Source: a virus. From it: DNA of 64,000 nucleotides. The DNA is taken from the IMG/VR virus record IMGVR_UViG_3300045999_007505; one strand, 5' to 3'. The notes under the pieces are model-generated. The model did not search any database, had not been told where the DNA came from, and worked only from the letters and a program-made list of their open reading frames with translations. The position numbers and the translations under genes were made by a program. This document shows, in pieces, positions 10,091 to 19,234 of the stretch. Within the stretch, counting starts at the first letter, position 1, and every line of letters starts with the position of its first letter.

Positions 10091-11105
10091 TGTAGTCCTT
10101 TAAAGTATTAATTAATTTAGTTGCTGAAAAAAAGTTATTATGTAGTTTTATTGCTAATTGTGCAACATGTTCTGATAAATCTTGTTGTTCGTATTCCAAA
10201 ATTGCCTTAACCGCAGAATCAACGCTGTCTGCTCGTTTAAACATCGGATCATACATTTCCGTATATGATAATCTATTTGGAACTATAGGGCATGCTCCAG
10301 CACAAGCTGATTCATACATCGAAATACCCAATGTTTCTTGATCTGCAAATGAAACTGCAAATCGCGCACGTTGAAGCAATTCATGATATTCTTGTTTATT
10401 TAAATTCATTTCCATTGCAACACAAAATTGATAATGTTTCAATTCGGGACGAGCTGCCAATTCTTGAAATAAATCTAAACGCTTTTCTGGTGCAATGCGA
10501 TGCGGAAATACAATGATGTTTTCTTTTTGTGACCAAAGACGCGGTGCAATCATATCATAGGTATATTCCATTGGCCAACCCGTTTTATCAAATGATCGGT
10601 TACGTGAAACATAATATGTTTTACTTATTAATTTATAATGTGCTACAGTTGCAATCCAATTATGATCATATGCTGCAATCATTGCTTGCTCAGCGTGTCT
10701 AATCCATGGTTTATCTCCTACGAGACGACCTAAAAAGTCATTTGGGTCATATGAACCCGCGTGCCAAAGTCCGTGCGTTACAACAGGAATATTTAAAAGC
10801 TCACTCATGTATTTTACATTGATAATACCCGGATGCCAAGCATCTGTAAAAATAATGTGATCGCCTGGTTGTATATGTCCGTGAGTGAATAATTCAGCTA
10901 ACTTATGAACTTGAGTTGATTTATACATATTGGTGCCGCCAAAATTCAAAAAGGCACCGGGAGTTGCAGCTTCTGGAATTGTTAAATCTCCTTCTACTAC
11001 AACTACTTCAAATCCTGCATCTTCCAATAGTTTTGGTACATGAGTCTTCCATTCGCAAGTATAACGAGTTGGTACCGATTCTATGTCTACTAAAAATATT
11101 TTCAC
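10077..11105 (-). CDS. GT-B glycosyltransferase in the deazaguanine operon
   Basis: WHAGSYDP, FPHRIAPEK, QETLGISMYE (EX7E); likely GTG start at 11105 overlapping the upstream TGA. Confidence 0.75.
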   Translation of the reverse strand: MKIFLVDIESVPTRYTCEWKTHVPKLLEDAGFEVVVVEGDLTIPEAATPGAFLNFGGTNMYKSTQVHKLAELFTHGHIQPGDHIIFTDAWHPGIINVKYMSELLNIPVVTHGLWHAGSYDPNDFLGRLVGDKPWIRHAEQAMIAAYDHNWIATVAHYKLISKTYYVSRNRSFDKTGWPMEYTYDMIAPRLWSQKENIIVFPHRIAPEKRLDLFQELAARPELKHYQFCVAMEMNLNKQEYHELLQRARFAVSFADQETLGISMYESACAGACPIVPNRLSYTEMYDPMFKRADSVDSAVKAILEYEQQDLSEHVAQLAIKLHNNFFSATKLINTLKDYNERK

Positions 11106-11461
11106 GATTTTGATCTTTTTATGATTGCACCATTTTCCCAATCTTCCCAGACTTCTACTTTATAAAGAGATGGGAATTGTTCTAATAACCATTCTCCAAT
11201 TGCTTCGCATGACATCGAACCAAACTCTAATACATTAACCGTTTCATCCGTAAAGCCAATTCGAAGTTCTTTTTGAATTGCACGATTCAATAAAATAAAT
11301 TCTTCATCTCGATCGGTATGCGTTACTCGTGCATAACAACGGAATCCAAACATATGTCGATGGCGTTCTGATAAAAATGCTACTTCTGGAAAAATGTCTT
11401 TTGCGTCGGGCCAACAATGGAACCCTTCAATACTAAATGTTACTACTACGCTGTACTTCAT
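11102..11461 (-). CDS. QueD paralogue, DpdL-like T-fold protein
   Basis: EGFH, LSERHRHMF (LxxxHRHxF instead of CxxxHGH), SCEAI, VWED; a canonical QueD exists separately. Confidence 0.65.
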   Translation of the reverse strand: MKYSVVVTFSIEGFHCWPDAKDIFPEVAFLSERHRHMFGFRCYARVTHTDRDEEFILLNRAIQKELRIGFTDETVNVLEFGSMSCEAIGEWLLEQFPSLYKVEVWEDWENGAIIKRSKS

Positions 11462-11864
11462 CTGCTATTAATTTTTTATATTTAGTTGTTGACCAACCAT
11501 GGTCTCTGCTTAAGTATTGAATTGGAAGATCTAAATCATCGCCGGTAAATGACTTACCAATATAATCATCGCCCAAATAACGAACATATTCAGCGGATTT
11601 GTTTTCAGCAAACCGCTTTAATTTATAATGCAATTCCGATTCCAATGTATATGGAATAACATGATTAACGTGTCGCAATGCAATCAACATTGATGTTCGA
11701 TCTTTAACTGAAAGAATGGGTTTCATTTTTTCGGGGCGTTCAATGGTTGGATCGGTTTGAAGCAATACCCATACCTGATCGCATTCGTCCTCCATTTGTT
11801 CAAACATTTCAATGTAGCCTGGATGCAATACATCAAAACTACCAGCAATAAGTCCTATCTTCAT
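11433..11864 (-). CDS. Cytidylyltransferase (TagD/RfaE-like HxGH family)
   Basis: GSFDVLHPGY, DPTIERPEK.KP, RYLGDDY, RDHGWSTT. Confidence 0.85.
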   Translation of the reverse strand: MKIGLIAGSFDVLHPGYIEMFEQMEDECDQVWVLLQTDPTIERPEKMKPILSVKDRTSMLIALRHVNHVIPYTLESELHYKLKRFAENKSAEYVRYLGDDYIGKSFTGDDLDLPIQYLSRDHGWSTTKYKKLIADEVQRSSNI

Positions 11865-12283
11865 TGTCTATCAAATTTATAGTCATCTGGAGTAACATGT
11901 TGCATATTGTGCACGGTTGTACAATACAACGAATAATCTGCATATACAACTTTGATGCTGTCTGTTTTCTTTAACAATGCTGCATCTTCACAATCCAACA
12001 TCAATAAAACGTGTGCTCGAATTCTAATCATCGGCGGAATATGTTTTAGCATACCTGGAGTAACTTCTATGGTAACAAATGTAGTATCCGTTATCATATC
12101 AAATATTGAACTCCACGCTTTACGATCAACTAATTGCTGTGTTGCAGGCGAACAAATATAAATGTGCGCGCAAGGAGTTAATTTTTCATATGTTGCTTTC
12201 ATATCCGCAATGAATAGCGTTTCAATATCGGTAAATCGTCCTTCAACTTCTTTACCATACCAATGTGTCTTATAACCAATCAT
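11861..12283 (-). CDS. Hypothetical protein, first gene of the deazaguanine operon
   Basis: WYGKEVEG...TLFI, C-terminal DDYKFD; ATGA overlap with the cytidylyltransferase. Confidence 0.65.
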   Translation of the reverse strand: MIGYKTHWYGKEVEGRFTDIETLFIADMKATYEKLTPCAHIYICSPATQQLVDRKAWSSIFDMITDTTFVTIEVTPGMLKHIPPMIRIRAHVLLMLDCEDAALLKKTDSIKVVYADYSLYCTTVHNMQHVTPDDYKFDRQ

Positions 12284-12288
12284 ACCTT

Positions 12289-12317
12289 ATTATAATAAAT
12301 TTATTCTTATTTTCCAA
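12289..12317 (-). promoter_or_regulatory. Sigma70-like promoter TTGGAA-N17-TATAAT
   Basis: Directly upstream of the modification/clamp operon. Confidence 0.7.
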
Positions 12318-12326
12318 AGGTTTATA

Positions 12327-12361
12327 CAGTAAAAAAGTGCTAATATTTCTACTAGCACTTT
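12327..12361 (-). terminator. Intrinsic terminator
   Basis: Sense AAAGTGCTA...TAGCACTTT followed by TTTACTG. Confidence 0.75.
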
Positions 12362-12366
12362 AAAAT

Positions 12367-12807
12367 TTAATATTCATTATTTGGCTGAACGTCAAAATGA
12401 TGATTTTTTAAACTTCGTGATACTAATTCTGGATCAATATCTTTTAATTTATTACGAATAATTCGTTTTAATTCCATATTACCAATATCAGTCGTATTGA
12501 TAGTTATAACATTTGATGATGTATCTATATTAATAGCCTTAGGTTGATTTTCATCTACATGAATAGTATATATCGTTTTACCAGTAAATATACCAGGATG
12601 ATCTACTATTATATCAACAGCATTATTTTGTTCTAAATTTCTTTGTATACTATGATTTATATAATTCAATCCGAAATATCCACCAATGCTGGCCAATGTT
12701 AAACTCAATCCCATTGCTAATTCTTTAGCTGAAATTTCATTTAATTCATTTGATAAATTTTTAGTACCAAATCGACGCATATTTTCTGCTAGTATATGTT
12801 TCTTCAC
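12367..12807 (-). CDS. Hypothetical protein with ILAE/LNE leader and a hydrophobic segment; probable virion-internal protein
   Basis: MKKHILAENMRRFGTKNLSNELNE; has its own late motif and terminator. Confidence 0.55.
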   Translation of the reverse strand: MKKHILAENMRRFGTKNLSNELNEISAKELAMGLSLTLASIGGYFGLNYINHSIQRNLEQNNAVDIIVDHPGIFTGKTIYTIHVDENQPKAINIDTSSNVITINTTDIGNMELKRIIRNKLKDIDPELVSRSLKNHHFDVQPNNEY

Positions 12808-12823
12808 AGTTTATCCTATTTTA

Positions 12824-12832
12824 TATAAATAT
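12824..12832 (-). promoter_or_regulatory. Late-type motif ATATTTATA
   Basis: Recurrent motif upstream of a gene start. Confidence 0.65.
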
Positions 12833-12846
12833 ACTAAGAAAAAAAA

Positions 12847-15366
12847 TCATTTTCCGAAACTAAAAAACTTTGCTACTGAATTATTTTCTGGAAATGCTCC
12901 CCAATTCATTGCTGCATAGAAATCATCCAATTTGTTTTTCAATTCCTTTTCAAAGATTTTATTGCGATCTATGTATTGGGTAACAAATTCTTCAATTTCT
13001 TTTGGATCTTGATATCCTCGCAATGCCATTGTATCAAATCCATATGGATTATCTGATAAGTATGCCCATTTTACCTTTTCGCCGTTTTGAATAGGTTGAA
13101 TATCTCGAATTTTGTGCATTGTCAATAAATCATTGAAATTGATTGCTGACTTAACATGTGCCGGTGTACCTGACATATATCCTGTAAATGGTTTGCGACC
13201 TTTTATGAATTTTGATATTTCCTTGACACCTGAATTCTTCATTACATTGAGTACTGGCGATTTCTTAAGGTTGTTTTTAAATTCATGAATCATATCCGTT
13301 GTGGCAGTCTTATCTCGTTCTTTAAGAATGTGCCACAATGTTTCTTTCATGATTTTTTTGAAATCTTCTGGAAATGATGATCTAACAACATCCAATCCTT
13401 TGATATCTAATTTATCCGTAGGTTTGCCTTCTTTGAAAATTACCCATTGTGCATAACGTTTCTTTGCAATCCATAAACCAGATTTAGCAACATATTCTTG
13501 TTTGATTTGCCAACGATGTGATGCGGTATTGTGAAACACTTCAGCATACCGATCATACATTTTATTTACCAATGCTTGTACTTCTGATGCAATTGCATTG
13601 GTTTGGTCAATCATAAATTGTTCGTCTGATTCATCATATCCAGGAAAACGTTTTGCAATAAGTGGCAAGCTAGATACAAATGTTGAATCTGTATCTGTAT
13701 AAAAAGCAAATTCTGCTTTGCCATTGGTTGCATTAACAAAATGATCTTGTCCTGTTTCTTTTGCATAATGATTGTTAATTACCTTTGCTGAAAATTTGAT
13801 TACTGCTTGTCCTGTTGCTGTAATTGCACCTGCATTATCTAAATCGTGAAAGCGAAACGTTTTAAGTCCTAATACTCCATAAAATGAATTGAGCAATACT
13901 TTTTGTGTTAACTGCATTGCATCATAAAATTTATATTCTTCTGACCCTACTTCGTATTCATCTCGTTTGTCTTTAAATTCAACACGTTCATTAAACCATT
14001 TTTCTAGAATGGTTGGTAAGAAGCCTCTTCGGTCATTTGTGTAAACTGTACCATTACTTGCAACTGTATAATTATTATCGGATAACCATGCTTTAACGTG
14101 TGGAACATGAGTACCATTTTGTAATGTTATTTGTTGTGGGTCTGATTTCAATAAGCATTCTTGGTCCCAATTTTGAATTACTCCCAATTTGGTTTCTGGA
14201 GAAATATTCAGACTCATAATGATGCTTGGATAAAGCGACGTTAAATCTAAGTCATAGATCCATTTGTATAATCCTGGTATTGGGTCTTTTACATATGCTC
14301 CAGCAAGTGCATCTGCTTCTGTTTCTTCTTCAACAAATCTAAATTGTTTGTTAGGAGCAACTAATCCATTGCGTTTCAAATCTACAATTGCAGCGCCATC
14401 CAAATATTTAGATGCATAATATACATCTTCATATGGAACGTGACCTTTATGGCATATGGTTCTTGCAAGTGCAATCAATTGCAGTTTATCATCCATTTCA
14501 TAAATAAGATCAACGTCGGTTACGTTATATTCTACAAATTTGTAAATGTCGTCTGTAAACAATTGATCCAAATCTCCTTCGTATTCAACCTTACCCCTAC
14601 CCAATTCCTTTTTAGCAACCGTGTCTAATCGATAATTTGGTAATTCAGTATATGTAAACTTTTTATACAATGTCAAATAATCTAAACTAGATACGCCAAA
14701 TATTTTATATCGACCTCTATTTTTATTCCATTCAACGATTCCTGCAGGAGATAATTTTTTAATTGCTTGTGCACCTAATACTTTTTTGATGCGATTGATA
14801 AGATACGGAATATCGAAATTATCTGTATTCCATCCTGTAATTACTGTGGGTTGTATTTCTGCAAATGCATTGATAAAACGCATTAACATGTTTGCTTCTG
14901 AATCAAATATTTCTACCTGATATTTATTAGTAGCAAATGAATCGTGTTTCACTCTTCTTTCTTCATCTAACAGCAAAACTTGCATGGTACGCCCAGCTTT
15001 ATCATAATATGCAATGGACGTTATTCGCGAACGAGCTTCTTCAGGAGTCGAATACCCATCTTCGTCCCGCTCTACTTCGATATCAAAGAAAAAGTCTCTA
15101 TGCCCTTTCGAAACTAAATCGCTTTCGTAATAAAGGTCGATGAGCGTACGCATTTCTTCATTTAAATCAGATTCATATGCAGTTGAATTATCTTTCCAAT
15201 TGCCATCAACCCGAGACAATTTAACGCCGTCTAATGATTGAAATTGCCCTGCCTCATCTGGCAAATATGCATATGGTTTGAATGGGAACTTTTGATGCCC
15301 TAATTCATCATCCCATACGTGCATGATGCCAGTTTTTTTGTCGTAACCTATTGCTTGGTATGCCAT
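12847..15366 (-). CDS. Family B DNA polymerase (T4 gp43-like)
   Basis: Exo FDIE, GWNTDNFD, YNVTD; Pol DLTSLYPSII, KVLLNSFYG, YTDTDS, KKRY. Confidence 0.97.
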   Translation of the reverse strand: MAYQAIGYDKKTGIMHVWDDELGHQKFPFKPYAYLPDEAGQFQSLDGVKLSRVDGNWKDNSTAYESDLNEEMRTLIDLYYESDLVSKGHRDFFFDIEVERDEDGYSTPEEARSRITSIAYYDKAGRTMQVLLLDEERRVKHDSFATNKYQVEIFDSEANMLMRFINAFAEIQPTVITGWNTDNFDIPYLINRIKKVLGAQAIKKLSPAGIVEWNKNRGRYKIFGVSSLDYLTLYKKFTYTELPNYRLDTVAKKELGRGKVEYEGDLDQLFTDDIYKFVEYNVTDVDLIYEMDDKLQLIALARTICHKGHVPYEDVYYASKYLDGAAIVDLKRNGLVAPNKQFRFVEEETEADALAGAYVKDPIPGLYKWIYDLDLTSLYPSIIMSLNISPETKLGVIQNWDQECLLKSDPQQITLQNGTHVPHVKAWLSDNNYTVASNGTVYTNDRRGFLPTILEKWFNERVEFKDKRDEYEVGSEEYKFYDAMQLTQKVLLNSFYGVLGLKTFRFHDLDNAGAITATGQAVIKFSAKVINNHYAKETGQDHFVNATNGKAEFAFYTDTDSTFVSSLPLIAKRFPGYDESDEQFMIDQTNAIASEVQALVNKMYDRYAEVFHNTASHRWQIKQEYVAKSGLWIAKKRYAQWVIFKEGKPTDKLDIKGLDVVRSSFPEDFKKIMKETLWHILKERDKTATTDMIHEFKNNLKKSPVLNVMKNSGVKEISKFIKGRKPFTGYMSGTPAHVKSAINFNDLLTMHKIRDIQPIQNGEKVKWAYLSDNPYGFDTMALRGYQDPKEIEEFVTQYIDRNKIFEKELKNKLDDFYAAMNWGAFPENNSVAKFFSFGK

Positions 15367-15875
15367 TAATTAACCTTGTATATATCTTGTAATTCTCTAT
15401 TTAAACCTAAATCATCATCTAATCCGTATCCAACTACCCATTCATCTCCTAATTCAAATCCACAATAGTTAGTTAAATCAACTCCACCTTTTCTTTTCAA
15501 TAGAGTAACAACCTTAGCTGTTTCTGGAATATGACTGTTTACCATGAACAACATTTCCATGATGCTTGTTCCAGAATCGCAAATGTCATCTACAATGTAA
15601 ACGCGCTTGCCTTTTAAATCTAATTCCAATGTTTTAGTAATCAATACGCCGCCCGAATTGTCTCGTTTGTCATATGATTTTAATCTTACAAAATCAACTT
15701 CATGATTGATAGTCATTGCACGACTTAAATCTGAAAAGAAATGTATTGCTCCGTTAAGAACACAAATTAATACTGGAGGTAACGTTGCTTCTGATTCTTT
15801 GTGATCTTGTGAAATTGCATCTGCTAATTCTTTGATGCGTTGTTGTATTTGTTGTTGTGTTATGATTTTTTCCAT
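15366..15875 (-). CDS. hpt: Hypoxanthine/guanine phosphoribosyltransferase
   Basis: VLNGA, IVDDICDSGTS PRPP loop, WVVGYGLD. Confidence 0.88.
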   Translation of the reverse strand: MEKIITQQQIQQRIKELADAISQDHKESEATLPPVLICVLNGAIHFFSDLSRAMTINHEVDFVRLKSYDKRDNSGGVLITKTLELDLKGKRVYIVDDICDSGTSIMEMLFMVNSHIPETAKVVTLLKRKGGVDLTNYCGFELGDEWVVGYGLDDDLGLNRELQDIYKVN

Positions 15876-16081
15876 AATCTATAAATTCCGTAAACATTGA
15901 TTGCGATTATAACTAAACTTAAAACTAGATGACTGTAATTGTTAATGAAAAAATCATAAGTAATCCAACCAGTATCTCCAACGATCCATGTAATCATTGC
16001 GGCTTTTGTCCAGCCTCTTGCATTTGAAACGTATCCAGCTAATACCAAAGCTGTACTAATCCATCCTAAAATTTCTATCAT
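15860..16081 (-). CDS. Small 3-TM membrane protein (PnuC/YgjV-like half-transporter)
   Basis: ILGW..., WIVGD.GW, INVYGIYR hydrophobic helices. Confidence 0.5.
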   Translation of the reverse strand: MIEILGWISTALVLAGYVSNARGWTKAAMITWIVGDTGWITYDFFINNYSHLVLSLVIIAINVYGIYRLWKKS

Positions 16082-16374
16082 TATTGTTTGATTAAAGCAA
16101 TTTCAGATTCTCTAACCAAATGATATTTTTCTCCAGCAATTGAAACTTCTTTATGATCTCCAATTTGGTTGGAATGAATCATAACTTCATTGCCTTCTTT
16201 AACCGACATTGGAATTCTATCTCCAGTTTGCGTAAAAAGACCTGGACCTGTTTTAACAACATCTGCATAACGATAATCGTCTGTTCCTGTCATAATGATA
16301 ATACCGCTTTGCGTTTTATCTGTTTTTTCTTGTAGCTTTAATAAAACCTGATCTCCTGTTGGTAACCAATTCAT
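16081..16374 (-). CDS. groES: Co-chaperonin GroES
   Basis: PTGDQVL, TQSGII, GPG, VKEG, LVRESEI. Confidence 0.9.
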   Translation of the reverse strand: MNWLPTGDQVLLKLQEKTDKTQSGIIIMTGTDDYRYADVVKTGPGLFTQTGDRIPMSVKEGNEVMIHSNQIGDHKEVSIAGEKYHLVRESEIALIKQ

Positions 16375-16388
16375 AACTTATTCCTTTT

Positions 16389-16634
16389 TTAATTAAACAT
16401 TTTTCTAATTGCATCTTCCGTAATGTTACTGCCTACAATGCGACCAATTCCATAGTCATCCATCGTAACAATTACACACGGAACACTTTTAACTCCATAC
16501 TTATCACAGGTTGATTTATTTGCATCAACATCAATAATTTGTATAGGAAGCTCTGCAGATAATTTTTCTATTCGCGGTCTTAATGCTTTACATGGTCCGC
16601 ACCATGCTGCCGTAAAATAAAGTATCTTTTTCAT
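16389..16634 (-). CDS. Thioredoxin
   Basis: FTAAWCGPCK, YGVKSVP. Confidence 0.92.
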   Translation of the reverse strand: MKKILYFTAAWCGPCKALRPRIEKLSAELPIQIIDVDANKSTCDKYGVKSVPCVIVTMDDYGIGRIVGSNITEDAIRKMFN

Positions 16635-16690
16635 TTTATCTCGTATATAATTTTAACGTCGCCAAACGTTGTTGTTGTTGTCCAATTCAT
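16631..16690 (-). CDS. 19-aa micro-ORF MNWTTTTTFGDVKIIYEIK
   Basis: Exactly fills the gap; TAATG overlap with the queE stop and ATGA overlap with the thioredoxin start. Confidence 0.5.
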   Translation of the reverse strand: MNWTTTTTFGDVKIIYEIK

Positions 16691-17475
16691 TATACTCCTC
16701 GTTTAGTGTCAAATGCAATAATATGGTCTCTGCCTGTCATATTATATCCTTTTTCTGCACACATATCAAATACCACAGGATACATTTTTATTAATTCTTC
16801 TCGGGTATCTCCTGCAGGCATAATAAAAGTCTTGTTTTTTGGAATATTAAGTAATACTCTAAATTCTTCAATTTCTTCTAAATTATATGCAGTGCCATCC
16901 CATACTGGTTTGTAATGATAATCAGAATGAAATGCAATCATTTGTTTGATTGCTTCGTGATTGAGACGAAATTTATTATGTTGCGCCACCATTTTCTCAT
17001 CCGTAATTGTCCCTTGCGGCGTAGCAACACCCACAACGGGAACACTGTTACTAAACTTAGGACTAAGACTAACCAACCCAATAGGGTAATCAGTGGCAAC
17101 AAAATGGGAGCCTTCGGTTTCAATCGTGATAAGAATGTTTCTTTCATGGGCAAAATGCGTTAATTCATTTACCAAAGCCGGATGCATTGTCGGTGCACCT
17201 CCAGTTAACATCATTTCTTTAATGTGTGGATTTTCATCGTATATCTTTATGATATCATTAAATGTAAATGTGCCTTTTTCTGGATGTATACTCGTGTACC
17301 AAGAATCGCACCAACCGCCTTCACCGAAAAAGCATCTATGCGTACAACCCGTAGTTCGTACTGCTATTGTAGGTCTGCCAAATCGAGAGCCTTCACTTTG
17401 CACACATCGGTACAATTCTACTATAGGCAATGTTTTTGTGTAATCTGTTATTCTTTTAGAAGGGGAGGTCGTCAT
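16690..17475 (-). CDS. queE: 7-carboxy-7-deazaguanine synthase (radical SAM)
   Basis: VQSEGSRFG, RTTGCTHRC...WCDS, LTGG, IETEG, SLSPK; start at 17475 is tentative (track gives 17502). Confidence 0.9.
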   Translation of the reverse strand: MTTSPSKRITDYTKTLPIVELYRCVQSEGSRFGRPTIAVRTTGCTHRCFFGEGGWCDSWYTSIHPEKGTFTFNDIIKIYDENPHIKEMMLTGGAPTMHPALVNELTHFAHERNILITIETEGSHFVATDYPIGLVSLSPKFSNSVPVVGVATPQGTITDEKMVAQHNKFRLNHEAIKQMIAFHSDYHYKPVWDGTAYNLEEIEEFRVLLNIPKNKTFIMPAGDTREELIKMYPVVFDMCAEKGYNMTGRDHIIAFDTKRGV

Positions 17476-17854
17476 CGTGGTACTCATTACTATTGGTAAC
17501 ATTTGTTTCTAATTTATTTAATAAAATTTCAAATTTAGATTCTAAATCTTCAAGTCGACGATATATTTCTATTAACGCAGATCGTCTTACAATTGGTGTT
17601 AAATCCATTTCTGGTTTAGTTGCAAAGAAGTCATCCAAAAATGATACAGGATATAATTGCACTTGACTGTATTCTGGTTTTTGAGCTTCTTTTGGTAACA
17701 CTCGCCATTTAATCTCAATGCCTTGTTTAATGGCTTCAGCTGTTACTTCTCGGCCGATGTTGCTACCTCCAGAACCTTTGCCTAAATATTCAAAAAGCGA
17801 TATATAAGTTTCGTCATTATTCTTCATAGCTTGCTGAGTTTCGTTCGTGTTCAT
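17456..17854 (-). CDS. Hypothetical protein with SSB-like acidic tail DDDLPF
   Basis: YISLFEYLG...LYPVSFLDDFF, short coiled coil; start may be 17827. Confidence 0.6.
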   Translation of the reverse strand: MNTNETQQAMKNNDETYISLFEYLGKGSGGSNIGREVTAEAIKQGIEIKWRVLPKEAQKPEYSQVQLYPVSFLDDFFATKPEMDLTPIVRRSALIEIYRRLEDLESKFEILLNKLETNVTNSNEYHDDDLPF

Positions 17855-18281
17855 ATACTTCTACTTTTATTGCTTTTACTCTACCGGTTGTTTCTACTGC
17901 TAAAAAATCATTTATTGTATGGTATAAGAATTCTGCAAATCGTTCGCATCCTGTGGCCGGTAAGATTCGCAATCGTATAATACCTTCTACATTCATTTGT
18001 TTAAACAAAGTTAAATGCGGATCATCTTCAGCTATGATTGTAGTGTGGTCTAAAAGGTATGTAAAATAGTCTTTTGGAGACATACCTTCAATTTGGGTTT
18101 TAGCACGTTTCATACCACCAAAATCCCAAACCCAATTACGATGATCTAGATCACCTTCAAACCATACTCGGAATGATACAGCATATCCATGTAAAAATCT
18201 ACAATGTGTACCTGCTGCTCGCCATTGCCGGAAACAAGTTGAATATCCATCAAATAATTTAGTTGACTTAAATGTTGCCAT
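17817..18281 (-). CDS. queD: 6-carboxy-tetrahydropterin synthase
   Basis: HCRFLHGY, WVWDFGG, LDH, GCERFA, VYEHERNSA. Confidence 0.92.
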   Translation of the reverse strand: MATFKSTKLFDGYSTCFRQWRAAGTHCRFLHGYAVSFRVWFEGDLDHRNWVWDFGGMKRAKTQIEGMSPKDYFTYLLDHTTIIAEDDPHLTLFKQMNVEGIIRLRILPATGCERFAEFLYHTINDFLAVETTGRVKAIKVEVYEHERNSASYEE

Positions 18282-18282
18282 A

Positions 18283-18984
18283 TTAATTATAACCTTTTAC
18301 GAATTGATAAAATTCTGATCTTGCATTGCCATCATCCAAAAATGCTCCAGATAATTTTGCAGTCTTCATTGAAGCACCGCCATGTTTAACTCCACGACAT
18401 TGTACACAATTATGTGTTGCTTCAATCATAACCGCTACACCTTTATTGTCTGTAATGAGTTCATTTATTGCATGATGTATTGCTACTGTTAATTGTTCTT
18501 GTATTGCACCTCGTCTACCAAAATGCTCTACTACTCGATTCAATTTACTTAAACCGATAACATTGCTATTCTCACCTGGAATATATGCAACATGTACATT
18601 GCCCATTATAGTCTGATGATGATGTGAGCACATTGAAGTTAATGGAATACCTCCTTCGAATACAATGCCATCATATCCATCACTAGGAAATGCTGTGATT
18701 CCTGACATTGGATTGTATCGACCAGCCCATAAGTCATTAACATATGCCTTTGCAACTCGCCTAGGAGTATCAGATGAATTTGGATCTTGTTCCCAAGCTA
18801 CTCCCAATGCACGAAGGAATTCTCCATAATAAAATGCAGCATCATCGATGATTGCTTGTTTTTCTTCTCGAGTTAATTCAGCATCAGGTCCTTCGATTGC
18901 CTGTTTAGTTGCTAATTGCGTGGAAATGCCGTTAGCAAAACCAGATTTAACCAATTCTAAATTGTTTCTTTGTTCTTTTGTCAT
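18283..18984 (-). CDS. folE: GTP cyclohydrolase I
   Basis: DTPRRVAK, SMCSHH, GLSKLNR, QEQLT, HNCVQCRGV. Confidence 0.95.
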   Translation of the reverse strand: MTKEQRNNLELVKSGFANGISTQLATKQAIEGPDAELTREEKQAIIDDAAFYYGEFLRALGVAWEQDPNSSDTPRRVAKAYVNDLWAGRYNPMSGITAFPSDGYDGIVFEGGIPLTSMCSHHHQTIMGNVHVAYIPGENSNVIGLSKLNRVVEHFGRRGAIQEQLTVAIHHAINELITDNKGVAVMIEATHNCVQCRGVKHGGASMKTAKLSGAFLDDGNARSEFYQFVKGYN

Positions 18985-19002
18985 AACTTAATTCTTATTA
19001 CT

Positions 19003-19031
19003 AATATAATAAACTTTATTGCATTTTCAAA
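19003..19031 (-). promoter_or_regulatory. Sigma70-like promoter TTTGAA-N17-TATATT
   Basis: Upstream of folE. Confidence 0.6.
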
Positions 19032-19234
19032 GTTTTTGCACCTTTTTCATGACAAGGTTCATAAGGACAATGTCTACAACCATTTCCGCAACATGACCCG
19101 CGGCGCTTATGATATGATTCGGACATTACTCGTCGTCCTTCGGAATCATAATAAAAGTCCGTTGGAAGGAGCTTGCTTCCAAACTCCTTCGCGAACTGTT
19201 GTTGAACCCAATCTTTTGATGCTGGCTGTAACAT
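19016..19234 (-). CDS. Cys-rich small protein (DUF5522-like)
   Basis: YHKRRGSCCGNGCRHCPY. Confidence 0.7.
   Translation of the reverse strand: MLQPASKDWVQQQFAKEFGSKLLPTDFYYDSEGRRVMSESYHKRRGSCCGNGCRHCPYEPCHEKGAKTLKMQ

Noticed and set aside
11106-11141. Track start MGKWCNHKK for the operon glycosyltransferase
   Set aside because: It overlaps the upstream gene by 40 nt; the GTGA start-stop overlap at 11102-11105 is more plausible
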